Notes under the pieces: generated by a model
Database searches by the model: none
The model's input: only the letters and a program-made list of their open reading frames with translations
What the model was told of the DNA's origin: nothing
Shown: positions 27,906 through 38,158 of the stretch, piece after piece
Layout: each line of letters begins with the position of its first letter
Numbering within the stretch: the first letter of the stretch is position 1
Made by a program: the position numbers and the translations under genes
From: Candidatus Latescibacterota bacterium
Lineage (GTDB): Bacteria > Latescibacterota > UBA2968
NCBI GenBank assembly: GCA_965205975.1
Contig: OZ242195.1
Span: 4,736,001 to 4,800,000, forward strand
Direction of reading: 5' to 3'
DNA length: 64,000 nucleotides

Positions 27906-30338
27906 ATGTCTAATCATAGCTATGTTCGTTGTGTGCTGTGTTTGTCCTGGATATTGATTTTTGGGATAAGAACGCATGCAATTGAAATCGATTCTTTGCA
28001 GGTTATGGAGCGTGTGGTAAAACAAGAACCCAAAAATGGCGATGCATGGATAAAGCTCGGTTACCTATATCTAAATGAAGAACGAATAACAGATGCCAGG
28101 AACGCTTTCGAAAAAGGTGTGCGATATACAAAGTCCGCTGAGGCATACACCGGGTTGGGAAAAGTTTATGTAATGGACCAAAAAATGGCTCAAAGGGCAT
28201 TTGTCGCTTTTCGTCAAGCTTTAGGTGTAGATCCTGCATATCTCGAAGCCCAAATGCAGATTGCGCTATTGCACGTCAGATCCCGTAATCTGGATGCAGA
28301 GAGAGCATTGCGCCGAGTTATCGAAATGGATCCAAACTATGTCCCGGCGTATCGCGAACTAATTTTATGGTACGAGCAAGCGCAGCCAAATTATGAGCAG
28401 GAGCTAATAGACGTCTGCGAACAATACATCGCCCACTTCCCAAACGATCCGATGGGATATTATCACCTGACTTTATCGCATCTTGAAAATCATCGCTACG
28501 ATGAAGTCCTGAAGATAAGTGCTGAAGCCGGGGCGCGTTTTTCGGATGATTTGAGATGGATGCCATTGATAGCGCAAGGGTATGCTTCTCGAGGTGATGC
28601 AGAGCGCAGCTTGACCATATTTGAAGAATATTTGCAAGGTGTTTCTGAGGATGAGCATGCGTATTACAATGATCTATCGCTTATCGCTACGGATGCTGAA
28701 CTGGAGGCGCTGAAATCCATCTCTGAGGATGAGCGCAGCGCTTTTTTAACCCGCTTTTGGGCAAGTCGCGAGGGTGCTTTGATGTTGGGCGGAGATGCCC
28801 GGCAGATGGAACATTATCGCCGTGTGTGGTATGCGCGTACATTCTTTGGTCGCAAGGATCAGCCGTGGGATAGACGTGGCGAGGTCTATATTCGGTATGG
28901 AGAACCTGATTACAGGTCCAGGTCTGGCAGTGAAAATCCGATACCAGATGTGGCCGTTCAGAATTTTAAGATGCGAAAAATAGATGAATTATTTGGTCGC
29001 ACTTTCGCATATAGAGGACAAGAACCGAGTCGATATTTATTGCCTCGGGTGATGCCGGGTAAATCGTGGACACCTGGAACGCCATCAATGATTGAATATG
29101 ATAAGGATGGGGAGGAAATTGAAATTGACTTAGATCGAATACCTCTGAGCGAGTGGTTGTGGGAAGTTAAAGGGGTCTATGGAACAACAGTTCACCTCAA
29201 TATTCCTCCAGGACTATATCGAGGTATCGAGCCTGTTGTTCCGATTGATCGTTCTCCTGAAGGGGCAACCACGGTGCCCTGGGAATCCTGGGTATATCTG
29301 AATATCGGTGATGGATTGGAGTTTGTATTTACCGATCGATATATGAGTGGCAGTTGGGATTTTCCGCTTCAACCAAATACGATTTGGCATGCGTCTTTGG
29401 GGCTGCATACCTCTTTGAATTCTCCTTCATACCAACTCATGCAAACAGTTTCGGAGTTGCCTGAGTATTTTGATGTTCCTCCAGGTGTTAAGTTATTAGA
29501 GTTTTATTATGACACAGTGAGTTTTCGCGGAGAAAATGAACGATCTTTACTGGAAGTTTATTTTGGTATTCCGCCAGAGCAAATTAGTTTAGAAAATGTA
29601 GATGATCGGGTTGTTCGTATGACGATAGAAAGAACCATTGTTCTGGCTGATGCTGAAGGAGACTCGATCTATCGCAAAAAGGATGAGCTTGTCTTTGAGG
29701 GTGAGGTGGCAAAGAATCAAGACAGGGGATTATTTGTAGAATTGGCGTCTCTGGATGTTCCGCCTGGTCATTATACCTTAGGTGTAAAGTTAGCAGATCG
29801 CGTATCTGGCCGGTGGGGTATGTATCGACAGGAGGTGGAAATCCCAACATTTGAAGATTCCCTGGCCGTTAGCGAAATTGAAATGGCCTATAATATATCT
29901 GATACCTCACAGACCTCACAGACCTCAAAGTTTGTAAAAGGTGAGCTTGTGGTGATACCCTCTCCCACCAGGAGTTTTAATCTCCATAAGGATGCAAACC
30001 TGTATTACGAAGTGTACAACCTGACGCTGGATGCGTTTGGTCAGGCGAAATATCGGGTGGCCTATACGATTCACCCCAATGTGGCTGGGGGCACGACGGT
30101 AGCAAGTGTGGTCATCGGTGGATTGAGACGGTTGTTTGCTGGTGCGCAAGAACCGGAATATACTATTAGCTATGAACGGGTTGTGAATGCGACAGAAGAA
30201 CCTGTTTTCTTCGCATTGGAGACTGGTTCTCTAAAGCCTGGTCTCAAGATGGTGGAAGTAGCCATTGATGATTTAAATTCAGGACAACGTGTGAGGCGAC
30301 GGGCTGTATTCAATGTAGTGGTGTCACCAAAACCTTAA
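27906..30338 (+). CDS. TPR-repeat GWxTD-domain protein
   Basis: Signal-like N-terminus, TPR helices, FW...EHYRRVWYA..F...WDRRGEVYIRYGEPD motif. Confidence 0.8.
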   Translation: MSNHSYVRCVLCLSWILIFGIRTHAIEIDSLQVMERVVKQEPKNGDAWIKLGYLYLNEERITDARNAFEKGVRYTKSAEAYTGLGKVYVMDQKMAQRAFVAFRQALGVDPAYLEAQMQIALLHVRSRNLDAERALRRVIEMDPNYVPAYRELILWYEQAQPNYEQELIDVCEQYIAHFPNDPMGYYHLTLSHLENHRYDEVLKISAEAGARFSDDLRWMPLIAQGYASRGDAERSLTIFEEYLQGVSEDEHAYYNDLSLIATDAELEALKSISEDERSAFLTRFWASREGALMLGGDARQMEHYRRVWYARTFFGRKDQPWDRRGEVYIRYGEPDYRSRSGSENPIPDVAVQNFKMRKIDELFGRTFAYRGQEPSRYLLPRVMPGKSWTPGTPSMIEYDKDGEEIEIDLDRIPLSEWLWEVKGVYGTTVHLNIPPGLYRGIEPVVPIDRSPEGATTVPWESWVYLNIGDGLEFVFTDRYMSGSWDFPLQPNTIWHASLGLHTSLNSPSYQLMQTVSELPEYFDVPPGVKLLEFYYDTVSFRGENERSLLEVYFGIPPEQISLENVDDRVVRMTIERTIVLADAEGDSIYRKKDELVFEGEVAKNQDRGLFVELASLDVPPGHYTLGVKLADRVSGRWGMYRQEVEIPTFEDSLAVSEIEMAYNISDTSQTSQTSKFVKGELVVIPSPTRSFNLHKDANLYYEVYNLTLDAFGQAKYRVAYTIHPNVAGGTTVASVVIGGLRRLFAGAQEPEYTISYERVVNATEEPVFFALETGSLKPGLKMVEVAIDDLNSGQRVRRRAVFNVVVSPKP

Positions 30339-30340
30339 TC

Positions 30341-30371
30341 AAAAAACCACGTCCTTTGGGCGTGGCTGTTT
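30341..30371. repeat. IS605-end-like hairpin / terminator between convergent genes
   Basis: AAAAAACCACGTCCTTTGGGCGTGG, near-identical to 26338 copy. Confidence 0.6.
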
Positions 30372-30401
30372 GGTTTATACTGCTAATGTTTTCACCAGGG
30401 A

Positions 30402-32033
30402 TTAAAACCGCGATTGTTTGCTCTCCATATTGGTATGTACATCGATCAACACGGTTTTGCCATCGGCGTTTAGTCGCTGTGCTTCTTGTAGTGCGAGGCG
30501 CATTTCACCCACTTTTTTGACGGTGATGCCCACAGCGCCCATGCCTTCGGCAATTTGGGCGTAGTTGCCCTGCATATTGGAGACGCCATAGCGTTCGCGC
30601 GCCGTGGGAAATCCACCGGGATAGGTCGCCATGCCTCCGTTGTTCAGAATTACGGTTGTAATGGGAATGCCTGCGCGAGCAGATGTTTCAATGTCCAGGC
30701 CGGACATGCCGAAGGCACCGTCTCCCATCATGTTGAGACAGAATTTGTCGGGGTGGGCGAGTTTGGCGCCGATCATCAGTGGGATGCCAAAACCGAGGTG
30801 GGTTGTTTTGCCCCAGCCGATGTAACTGTGGGGCGTGGTTGCGGTGTAAAATGGCACGATTGAGTCGCGGGGCGCGCCGGCATCGTGTGTGACAATGCTG
30901 TTTTCGCGGTCGAGTGTGTTGTTGATTTCGTTGATTACGCGATAGGGGTTGAGGGGTTCTTCATTTGAGGTCAGCAGGGGTGTCCAGGTGTCGAGCCATT
31001 GTTTTTTGGCATGTGCGATTTCGGCGGCGATCTGATCAGAATTTCTGGGTTCGCCAATTTGCGCTTTTACTTCGTCGATGATCGCTTGCAGGGCGAGTTT
31101 GGCGTCGCCGATCAATCCGATATCTACGGCTTCGTCTTTGTTGATGTCATCTGGGTTATCGGTGTTTTGGATGAGTACTTTGCAGGGGGGAACGGATTGG
31201 GCATAAGAGGTGCGGGTTAAACTAGATCCGAGCGCGAGGAGTACGTCGCAATTTTTGAGCCAGTGGTGTACGGGTCCCGTGGTTGCGCCGCTGCCAGCGC
31301 CGAGGGCGAGTGGATGGCGTTCGTCAAAGGCCGATTTGCCGGGCATGGTGCAGAATACGGGTATGCCGGTTAGATCGACGAGTTCTTTTAATTCCTCTGT
31401 TGCCCCGGCAAATACGACCCCGTGTCCCGCCCAGATTACGGGGTTTTTTGCTGTGAGGAGTGCTGTGACGGCATCTTTGATGTCGCCGGACGAGGGCATT
31501 TGTTGCGCGCGTTTTGGCGAGTGATAATTTTGTGCACCGGCGGGTATTTGTTCTGCGCAGACGTCGGAGGTCATTTCGACCACGACTGGACCAGAAGTGC
31601 CATTGCGAAGCGCGTGGAATGCGCGGCGCATTACGGTGCCGACATCTTCTGGTCGATAGATTGCTTCAACGCGTTTGACCCATCCGCGATAGGTGTGGGT
31701 TGCGGAAAAATTGGGACGGACCGCGATTTGATTGAGTCTTACGCCGCCTGGGAGGACCAGTATTGGGACGTTGTCGGCATAAGCCTGGGCAATGCCACCC
31801 ATTGCGTTTTCTGCACCGGCTTGTGCCTGTATTGCTACGACGCCAAATCGCTGTCGGTTGCTGGTGCGGCTAAAGCCGTCTGCAGCCATGACTGCGCCGC
31901 GTTCGTGGCGAAATGCGATTGGGCGGATGCTTTCTTTGGCTGCTGCTTCAATTAGCGGATTGCTGGGATAACAGGAGATCCATTCGACGCCTTCTTGTTT
32001 CAAAATGCGCGCGATATATTCAATGCCGTTCAT
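30402..32033 (-). CDS. TPP-dependent enzyme, acetolactate synthase-like
   Basis: RHERGAVMAADG, GPVVVE, GDGAFGM..NNG motifs. Confidence 0.88.
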   Translation of the reverse strand: MNGIEYIARILKQEGVEWISCYPSNPLIEAAAKESIRPIAFRHERGAVMAADGFSRTSNRQRFGVVAIQAQAGAENAMGGIAQAYADNVPILVLPGGVRLNQIAVRPNFSATHTYRGWVKRVEAIYRPEDVGTVMRRAFHALRNGTSGPVVVEMTSDVCAEQIPAGAQNYHSPKRAQQMPSSGDIKDAVTALLTAKNPVIWAGHGVVFAGATEELKELVDLTGIPVFCTMPGKSAFDERHPLALGAGSGATTGPVHHWLKNCDVLLALGSSLTRTSYAQSVPPCKVLIQNTDNPDDINKDEAVDIGLIGDAKLALQAIIDEVKAQIGEPRNSDQIAAEIAHAKKQWLDTWTPLLTSNEEPLNPYRVINEINNTLDRENSIVTHDAGAPRDSIVPFYTATTPHSYIGWGKTTHLGFGIPLMIGAKLAHPDKFCLNMMGDGAFGMSGLDIETSARAGIPITTVILNNGGMATYPGGFPTARERYGVSNMQGNYAQIAEGMGAVGITVKKVGEMRLALQEAQRLNADGKTVLIDVHTNMESKQSRF

Positions 32034-32053
32034 GAAAGTTCCTTGGGAAAAAG

Positions 32054-32947
32054 CTATTCCTTCAATATCTCATTAAAAAAGTCAATCGTACGTTGCCAGG
32101 CGAGCTTTGCCGCGGCTTCGTCATAGCGCGGGGTTGTGTCGTTGTGAAAGCCGTGGTTGGCGTTTTCGTATATATGAGCCGTGTATTTCACGCCTGCTTC
32201 TTTAAGCGCGGCTTCATAAGCGGGCCAGCCCTGGTTGATGCGTCTGTCCAGTTCGGCGTAGTGGATGAGCAATGCGCCTTTTATTTTGGGTACGTCTTCA
32301 GCAGCGGGTTGGCGGCCGTAAAAGGGGACTGCGGCGGAGATGATGTCGGGGATGCGCACGGCGAGGGTGTTCGACATGCCACCGCCAAAGCAGAAGCCCA
32401 CGACGCCGACTTTGCCGGTGCATTTTTCGTGTGTGTGTAGATAACGCGCAGAGGCGATAAAGTCTTCTGTCATTTTATTGCGGTCTATCTCGCGCTGCAT
32501 GAGTCGGCCTTCGTCATCTGTGCCTGGATATCCGCCGAGGGGGGCGAGTGCATCGGGGGCAAGAGCCAGAAAGCCTGCCGTTGCCACGCGCCGGGCAACG
32601 TCTTCTACGTAGGGATTTAGTCCGCGGTTTTCGTGGATGACAACGACGCCGGGTACTTTGCCTTCTGCCTGTGCTGGCGCGACGAGGTATCCGCGGGTTT
32701 TTTCGTGTCCTTCTGGTGATGGGTATTCTATGTATTCGGCGGTGATGCGTTCGTCGTCTTTGGCGATTTGCTGGGCAAGCGCGTAATTGGGTTTTAGACT
32801 GTCCAACAGAGCGGCAGCAGTTACGCCGCCGACTGCGAATTTCGCAGCGCGGTTTAAGAAGCCTCGCCGGTCGGTTTGTCCGTGGACATATTCGTCGTAG
32901 AGGTTGAGGAGTTCCTGGTCAAAGTCAGTTGCTCGTTGGCGTTTCAT
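32054..32947 (-). CDS. Dienelactone hydrolase family (YghX-like)
   Basis: [26 protein letters not shown] motifs. Confidence 0.9.
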   Translation of the reverse strand: MKRQRATDFDQELLNLYDEYVHGQTDRRGFLNRAAKFAVGGVTAAALLDSLKPNYALAQQIAKDDERITAEYIEYPSPEGHEKTRGYLVAPAQAEGKVPGVVVIHENRGLNPYVEDVARRVATAGFLALAPDALAPLGGYPGTDDEGRLMQREIDRNKMTEDFIASARYLHTHEKCTGKVGVVGFCFGGGMSNTLAVRIPDIISAAVPFYGRQPAAEDVPKIKGALLIHYAELDRRINQGWPAYEAALKEAGVKYTAHIYENANHGFHNDTTPRYDEAAAKLAWQRTIDFFNEILKE

Positions 32948-32973
32948 AATGGATTTCCTTTCTGTGATTTGGT

Positions 32974-33753
32974 TTATATTGCTCCGGCGGTTTCGCGCAC
33001 ACCATCCCATTCGCGCCATATATCTGTGAATGCGTCGAATCCAATTTCGTCGATTTGGGTGTGTTTGGTCCTGAAGATCACGGCATATCGAATGTCTGGC
33101 GAGGTGTTGGGGCAGCCGGTATGTACCATGGCGTGATGGGCAAAGACCACGTCACCCGCTTCGCCAGTTACAAATACTGGACCTTCGGGTAGTTCGACGT
33201 GGGGCATGTGGTCATTTAGTATTTGATGCCCGTGTTCTTTGAAGTAGTTTTCAAAGAAGTGATGCGATTTGGGCCATACGGTAAAGTTGCCGCCATTGGG
33301 AACGGGGACATCGTCGAGATATACGACCGCGAAAGATGTAAAATTCCGGTTATAAGTTCCGTCTTCGCGCAATCCGCGCAACCGATCGCCTACGGCTTTT
33401 ATGCCGTCCAGGTGCCCGCCACTTCTGCCCCATCCAATTTTTTCCGTTAAGGTATCTGTCGGCGAACTGCCTGGTGGGCGTGGGAAATTGAGCTTGATAC
33501 CACCTGTCTGACTGCGCTGCAAATTGCCTTTTCCCAATGCGGATTCGAGGAGAGAGAAGGCGGGGGTTTCGTTGAACAGGTCCGTAATGACTGGTGTGGC
33601 GTTGATTTCGGGAAATGGGTTGGTATTTCCTTTGCCCATTTCGGCATTGATCGCCTGCCGCGCGGCATTTACCATTACGCGGGGCACGGCACCCGAGACT
33701 TTGAGATAGCCCTCTTCGTAAAAGAAACGTTTTTGGCTTCCGGTTAGTTCCAT
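32974..33753 (-). CDS. PhyH-family dioxygenase (HxD)
   Basis: [24 protein letters not shown]...H motifs; start at MELTG after GAGGAG RBS. Confidence 0.82.
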   Translation of the reverse strand: MELTGSQKRFFYEEGYLKVSGAVPRVMVNAARQAINAEMGKGNTNPFPEINATPVITDLFNETPAFSLLESALGKGNLQRSQTGGIKLNFPRPPGSSPTDTLTEKIGWGRSGGHLDGIKAVGDRLRGLREDGTYNRNFTSFAVVYLDDVPVPNGGNFTVWPKSHHFFENYFKEHGHQILNDHMPHVELPEGPVFVTGEAGDVVFAHHAMVHTGCPNTSPDIRYAVIFRTKHTQIDEIGFDAFTDIWREWDGVRETAGAI

Positions 33754-33835
33754 TGCGGTCTCCTCGTGTTCGCGTTTCAATTTTATCTCGCCCAAAATTA
33801 TACCAGTTTTTAAAAAAAGCAACATTTTTACCATT

Positions 33836-33925
33836 GGGACGGCACAGGGGCCGTCCCCTACGGTTTGTAGGGGCGACCCCCTGTGGTCGCCCGCTGATGT
33901 ACGGGCGGGTTTTAAACCCGCCCCT
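33836..33925. repeat. Cluster of three GTAG-type REP palindromes
   Basis: GGGACGGCACAGGGGCCGTCCCCTAC, GTAGGGGCGACCCCCTGTGGTCGCCC, GGGCGGGTTTTAAACCCGCCC. Confidence 0.8.
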
Positions 33926-34034
33926 TCGCTGATACCTCTTGATAAATTTTTTATTTCATGCCATAATTTCATGGGGCGTGGGGAAAGCAGATTTATCACC
34001 TTAAGATTGCCCCAATTGGCACGGGGCGAAAGGA

Positions 34035-35207
34035 ATGAAGATGTCCAGTTCTCAATCAGTTTATCGCGCTTCGGCTTTTGCCGATTTCAAGCCTGAGCTT
34101 TCGGGTCCCGGGGCTACGCCAGAGCGATTGGCGCATCTGGAGGAGCACGGTTTTGTCATTATTAACGATTTTGTCGATAATCCCTGGATTCCCGTTCTCC
34201 GCGAGGCGGGTCGCCGCGTTACCGAGGCGTGCGCGCCAGAGAATGGGTACGACGAGATCGATTGTTCGAAGGGCTATGTACACCGCACGGGCAATGATGA
34301 GCCGTGGGCGATTCGGGGGCTTATCCATCCGGCTTTTGGGGAGCCGTGTTTTGCCGAGTTCCACGGCTCGCCAGATTTTCTGAGTTTTGTTCATTCGTGG
34401 TGTGATGGGCTGGCACCAGAAGATATGGTGCAGGGTGGGTTGTTGCTGTGGTGCAATCCCCGGCAGAAAGAGAATAAGCTGAGCTGGCACAGGGATGTGA
34501 CGTGGTGGGGTACGGGGGAGCGCTATTTTGCACAGCGGGATGAGCGGGGTAGTGATCCAGAGGCGTATTCCGAGGAGGTTGAGCGGAAACGCTGGAAAGA
34601 GATCCGCGCAAATAATGCGAAGTCTCTTAAAGAGCGAAATGGCGTGAGTATGTTTTTGGCATTGGCGGATGATGAGTGTCACGAGCTTGTGCCGGGGAGT
34701 CACAATCGGTGGCGTACGCCATTTGAGCACGATGTGCTTTTGCCGAAGGCGGTGAAGGAGCAGGGGGTGCCGCATACGCCGAGTTGGAATGGCGAGGATC
34801 CATTGCCGGGGCAGGTGGCGATCCGACTCAAGGCCGGGGAGGCGCTTATCCGCAATGGGACGACGATCCATACGGGGCACACGGTTCCGGATCGCGAGCG
34901 CAATACGTTGTCAATCGGTTGGTCGAAGTGGTCGGGACCATCGGAAGAGGAGCCGTCTGTGAGCGATGTGCGGCATGCATGGCAACTCGATCCGGCTGTG
35001 CGAGAAGCACTGCCACACGAGTGGATGAAGACGGCGTGGGATCGCTGGGCCGAGAGAACGAAACTCGGGGATACGCTCGAGGATCGGTATCCGGGATTTG
35101 ATATCAAGCGCATCAAAGCTGGCGAGGTGATCGGTTGGCGCGGTGAACTGGAGCGGCAAGCTGCGGCGGCTGGCGAGACGTGGGAGCGTTTCCAGACTTT
35201 GTCGTAA
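34035..35207 (+). CDS. PhyH-family dioxygenase (HxD)
   Basis: HGFVII, WHRD, VPGSH, LKAGE...H motifs. Confidence 0.78.
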   Translation: MKMSSSQSVYRASAFADFKPELSGPGATPERLAHLEEHGFVIINDFVDNPWIPVLREAGRRVTEACAPENGYDEIDCSKGYVHRTGNDEPWAIRGLIHPAFGEPCFAEFHGSPDFLSFVHSWCDGLAPEDMVQGGLLLWCNPRQKENKLSWHRDVTWWGTGERYFAQRDERGSDPEAYSEEVERKRWKEIRANNAKSLKERNGVSMFLALADDECHELVPGSHNRWRTPFEHDVLLPKAVKEQGVPHTPSWNGEDPLPGQVAIRLKAGEALIRNGTTIHTGHTVPDRERNTLSIGWSKWSGPSEEEPSVSDVRHAWQLDPAVREALPHEWMKTAWDRWAERTKLGDTLEDRYPGFDIKRIKAGEVIGWRGELERQAAAAGETWERFQTLS

Positions 35208-35225
35208 ATACGAAATAGAGCGACG

Positions 35226-36491
35226 ATGAATAAACAAGAACGCATGGCTTCTATTCGGGCTGGAGAAGATACCGAACTCGAATTCAAGGAGATTGTGTTT
35301 CGGGGAAACAGGATTTCCTTTGCGAGAGAAGAGGGTCGCGCTGCGTCCAAACTCGCCGAGGTATTCGTCAGCATGGCGAATACGAAGGGGGGCGTGGTTG
35401 TGATGGGCGTGCGCGATAGAGATCGCATGCCAGTTGGTATCGAACCCGAAAAGCGCGATCTTCTGGAGCAATTTGTTGTCAATGTGGCACTGAATAACTG
35501 TAAGCCGATGATTGTTCCGGCGTTGGACTGGGAATATCTGCCCGGAGAAGACGATGTCCCAAAACTCTGTTTGATTGTTGAGATCCCCATGTCGAGGTTC
35601 GATGTACATCAAACGAGCGATGGACGCTATCTTCAACGGTTGGGTAGCCACCGGCAATCCATTCCTCCGGAGCGACTTGCCCGTCTGTTGAGTGCGCGTC
35701 GTCTGACCAGTCCGATTGAGGAACGACCGTTGTTGGGCAGTAGTCTGGATGATCTGAGCGAGATTCGTCTGGAAAAATACTTCCGTGATCGCTTCTCGGA
35801 TTGGTCCGAGCCAGATGACTGGGGCGCCACTCTCGTGGCCCACAAACTCGCCGCAGTGCTCGACTCGGGTGTGACGCCGACATACCTCGGGGTGTTGCTG
35901 TTTGCAGAACAGCCCGAGCGGTATATATACGGTGCTTATATCGATTTGGCCGTCTATACCCACGATACGCCCGATGGCAATACTGTGGATAGCAGTCGGT
36001 TTGTCGGACCTGTGCCCGAACAGATCGCCCAAGTGGTGTCCTATTTACGGGTTTCTCCTCTGGTTCCGACGGTTTCCAGGAAGGATGGAGATGGGCGCAG
36101 GGATTATCCGAGTTACGCACTCACAGCACTTCAGGAAGCTGTTGTGAACGCGGTTGTGCATCGGGATTACGAAATTGCGGGTTCACAGATTATCATTCGC
36201 ATGTTTCCCGACCGAATCGAGTTCCAGAATCCGGGTGCGCTCTACAACACGCTGACTATTGAGAATTTATACGCGGGCTGTCAGCCCGTTCGCCGCAATC
36301 AACTTCTGGCGGGTTTTATGCGCGATTACAAGAGCACGCTGACCGGTAGCAGCTTTATGGAAGCGAGAGGAGAAGGGTTCTTGAACCTGGTGAGAGATAG
36401 CCTGCGTCTATCTGGACGCCGCCCAGAGCTCGAACAGATCGGAGAGGCGACCAAACTCACGATTTACGCCGCGCGATATGAGAATGAATAG
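35226..36491 (+). CDS. AlbA_2/Schlafen-like domain + HATPase_c_4 (RecG-C-like) protein
   Basis: GED..LEFK, MANTKGG...GV.D, ALQEAVVNAVVHRDY, NPG, RRNQLLA, EARGEG motifs. Confidence 0.82.
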   Translation: MNKQERMASIRAGEDTELEFKEIVFRGNRISFAREEGRAASKLAEVFVSMANTKGGVVVMGVRDRDRMPVGIEPEKRDLLEQFVVNVALNNCKPMIVPALDWEYLPGEDDVPKLCLIVEIPMSRFDVHQTSDGRYLQRLGSHRQSIPPERLARLLSARRLTSPIEERPLLGSSLDDLSEIRLEKYFRDRFSDWSEPDDWGATLVAHKLAAVLDSGVTPTYLGVLLFAEQPERYIYGAYIDLAVYTHDTPDGNTVDSSRFVGPVPEQIAQVVSYLRVSPLVPTVSRKDGDGRRDYPSYALTALQEAVVNAVVHRDYEIAGSQIIIRMFPDRIEFQNPGALYNTLTIENLYAGCQPVRRNQLLAGFMRDYKSTLTGSSFMEARGEGFLNLVRDSLRLSGRRPELEQIGEATKLTIYAARYENE

Positions 36492-36501
36492 TAGAGCGTA
36501 C

Positions 36502-36546
36502 AACAAAAAGCCCCCGGTGCTATTATAGCGTCGGGGGCTTTTTGTT
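36502..36546. terminator. Bidirectional intrinsic terminator
   Basis: AAAAAGCCCCCGGTGCTA-TTA-TAGCGTCGGGGGCTTTTT between convergent genes. Confidence 0.85.
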
Positions 36547-38099
36547 TATGAGGTGTAGATATTCTCCATTTGATAGGCGTCGAGAGACAGGAGTTCGCTG
36601 TCCTGTCCCTGTGAGCGCAGGGAGACGCCCGTGCTGTCTTCGCGCCCGGGATAGACGCGCAATGCCACGCATTGTTTGCCGTTTACAAATACTTCTACGA
36701 CGCTTTTATCGATAAATACGCGCAATTTTAAGGTTTCGTCCGGCTCGATATGGACCGAACCGGTTTCTGGCGCGCGGGTGCGCACGTCGGGTAATATGGA
36801 GGAACACGATGAGTCGATTGTGATCAGGCTCTTCTGTGTGTTGCGTGCTCGATTTCTGAGCCCGCGATCTTTGAAGAACATGATGCGCGTGACTTCTTCT
36901 TTGTTGGGGGATCGCAATACGTCCATTTCGACCATGGGTGCGTTTTTGGTATCGATTTCAGCGACGATCTCCATCGCGTTGCCCTGAATATTGTCGAGTA
37001 CGATCTCGCTATTGGCCGCGAGTGTCATGCGTTCTACGTGCTGGTGATCGCGGCGCAGGGATTCTATGTCGCCCGCTGGTTCTATGCGTATATCTTCTTC
37101 TCCTATGAGGGTCATTTTGCGGGGCAAGGTCATGATCTGGTTCCAGTTCTCTGTTGGCTTGCCCGGGTTCATATTGAAAATGACGATGATATTGCCCTTT
37201 CCATCCGGGGTTGCCGAAGGCGCGTGTACGCCACAGGGCGCAGAAGGTCCGAAATTGCATTTGTCGTGCGCTGTGACCACAAATTTGTCGCGTTCTTTGT
37301 CGTAGGCGCCCAGGAGATATTGCCCCCCGCTTATGTGGCTGTAAAAGAGCAAGATATGGCGATCGCCAATGGGCCAGAAATAGGGGCAGGCACCGTCGTC
37401 GCCAACGATTGTGAAGAGGTCGTCTTCGACAAATGGATGCAGGTACGTCCAGTTCGCCAGGTCGGGTGAGCGGAGCAAGAAGTTCGCGCGTTTGGGTTTG
37501 CCGCCCGGTCCGGGCAGAGTGCCGCCCGAGAGGGAGTAGTAAAAGTCGCCCTTTTTCCAGATGCACGGATCAAATACCCGATAGGGCAGGGTGGAGCCAT
37601 CGGGGTTTTGCATGGGGATGACGGCTTGTCCGGTTACTTTTTCCCAGTTCAAGAGCAGGGGGTCGCTGGATACGGCTACCATGTTGCCTACCATGGTGCC
37701 GTGATACATGGCGATGACGCGGTCGTCTTCTACGAGTGTTGAGCCGGAAAAACAGCAGCGTTCGGGGTTGGGATAGATCGCGTATGGCAGGTCTTCCCAG
37801 TGGATTAAGTCGTCGCTGATGGCATGCCCCCAGTGTTGACGGGGGTCTTCGGGGGGATATGCCTGATAAAACAGATGCCATCGCCCCTGCCAGAAGCAGA
37901 TCCCATTGGGGTCGTTGAGTGTGTGTTCTGGGTTTACGTAGTGGTAGATGGGTCTGTGCGGGTCTCCTTCATAACTTTTTCGCGCTTTTTTCATTCGTTG
38001 TAATAGCGGATTTGTGGCGAGGGCTTCACGCTGTTCTTCGAGTGTGTTTGGATATGTGTAGTGGGGTACGCGTGATGTGTAATCTGGCGTGTCGCTCAT
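36546..38099 (-). CDS. Glycoside hydrolase family 32
   Basis: LNDPNG, WHLFYQ, WGHA.S.DL..W, FSGS, FDP, D.SVVEVFVN motifs; start at MSDTP. Confidence 0.88.
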   Translation of the reverse strand: MSDTPDYTSRVPHYTYPNTLEEQREALATNPLLQRMKKARKSYEGDPHRPIYHYVNPEHTLNDPNGICFWQGRWHLFYQAYPPEDPRQHWGHAISDDLIHWEDLPYAIYPNPERCCFSGSTLVEDDRVIAMYHGTMVGNMVAVSSDPLLLNWEKVTGQAVIPMQNPDGSTLPYRVFDPCIWKKGDFYYSLSGGTLPGPGGKPKRANFLLRSPDLANWTYLHPFVEDDLFTIVGDDGACPYFWPIGDRHILLFYSHISGGQYLLGAYDKERDKFVVTAHDKCNFGPSAPCGVHAPSATPDGKGNIIVIFNMNPGKPTENWNQIMTLPRKMTLIGEEDIRIEPAGDIESLRRDHQHVERMTLAANSEIVLDNIQGNAMEIVAEIDTKNAPMVEMDVLRSPNKEEVTRIMFFKDRGLRNRARNTQKSLITIDSSCSSILPDVRTRAPETGSVHIEPDETLKLRVFIDKSVVEVFVNGKQCVALRVYPGREDSTGVSLRSQGQDSELLSLDAYQMENIYTS

Positions 38100-38158
38100 G
38101 ATGCTTTGTCCTTTCTGTTTTAGGGAATCCTCCTGGCTTCCAGTAACGGGGCTTGCCC

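Noticed and set aside
29901..29930. 9 bp tandem repeat encoding TSQTSQTSK in the GWxTD gene
   Set aside because: Short in-frame duplication with no evidence of function
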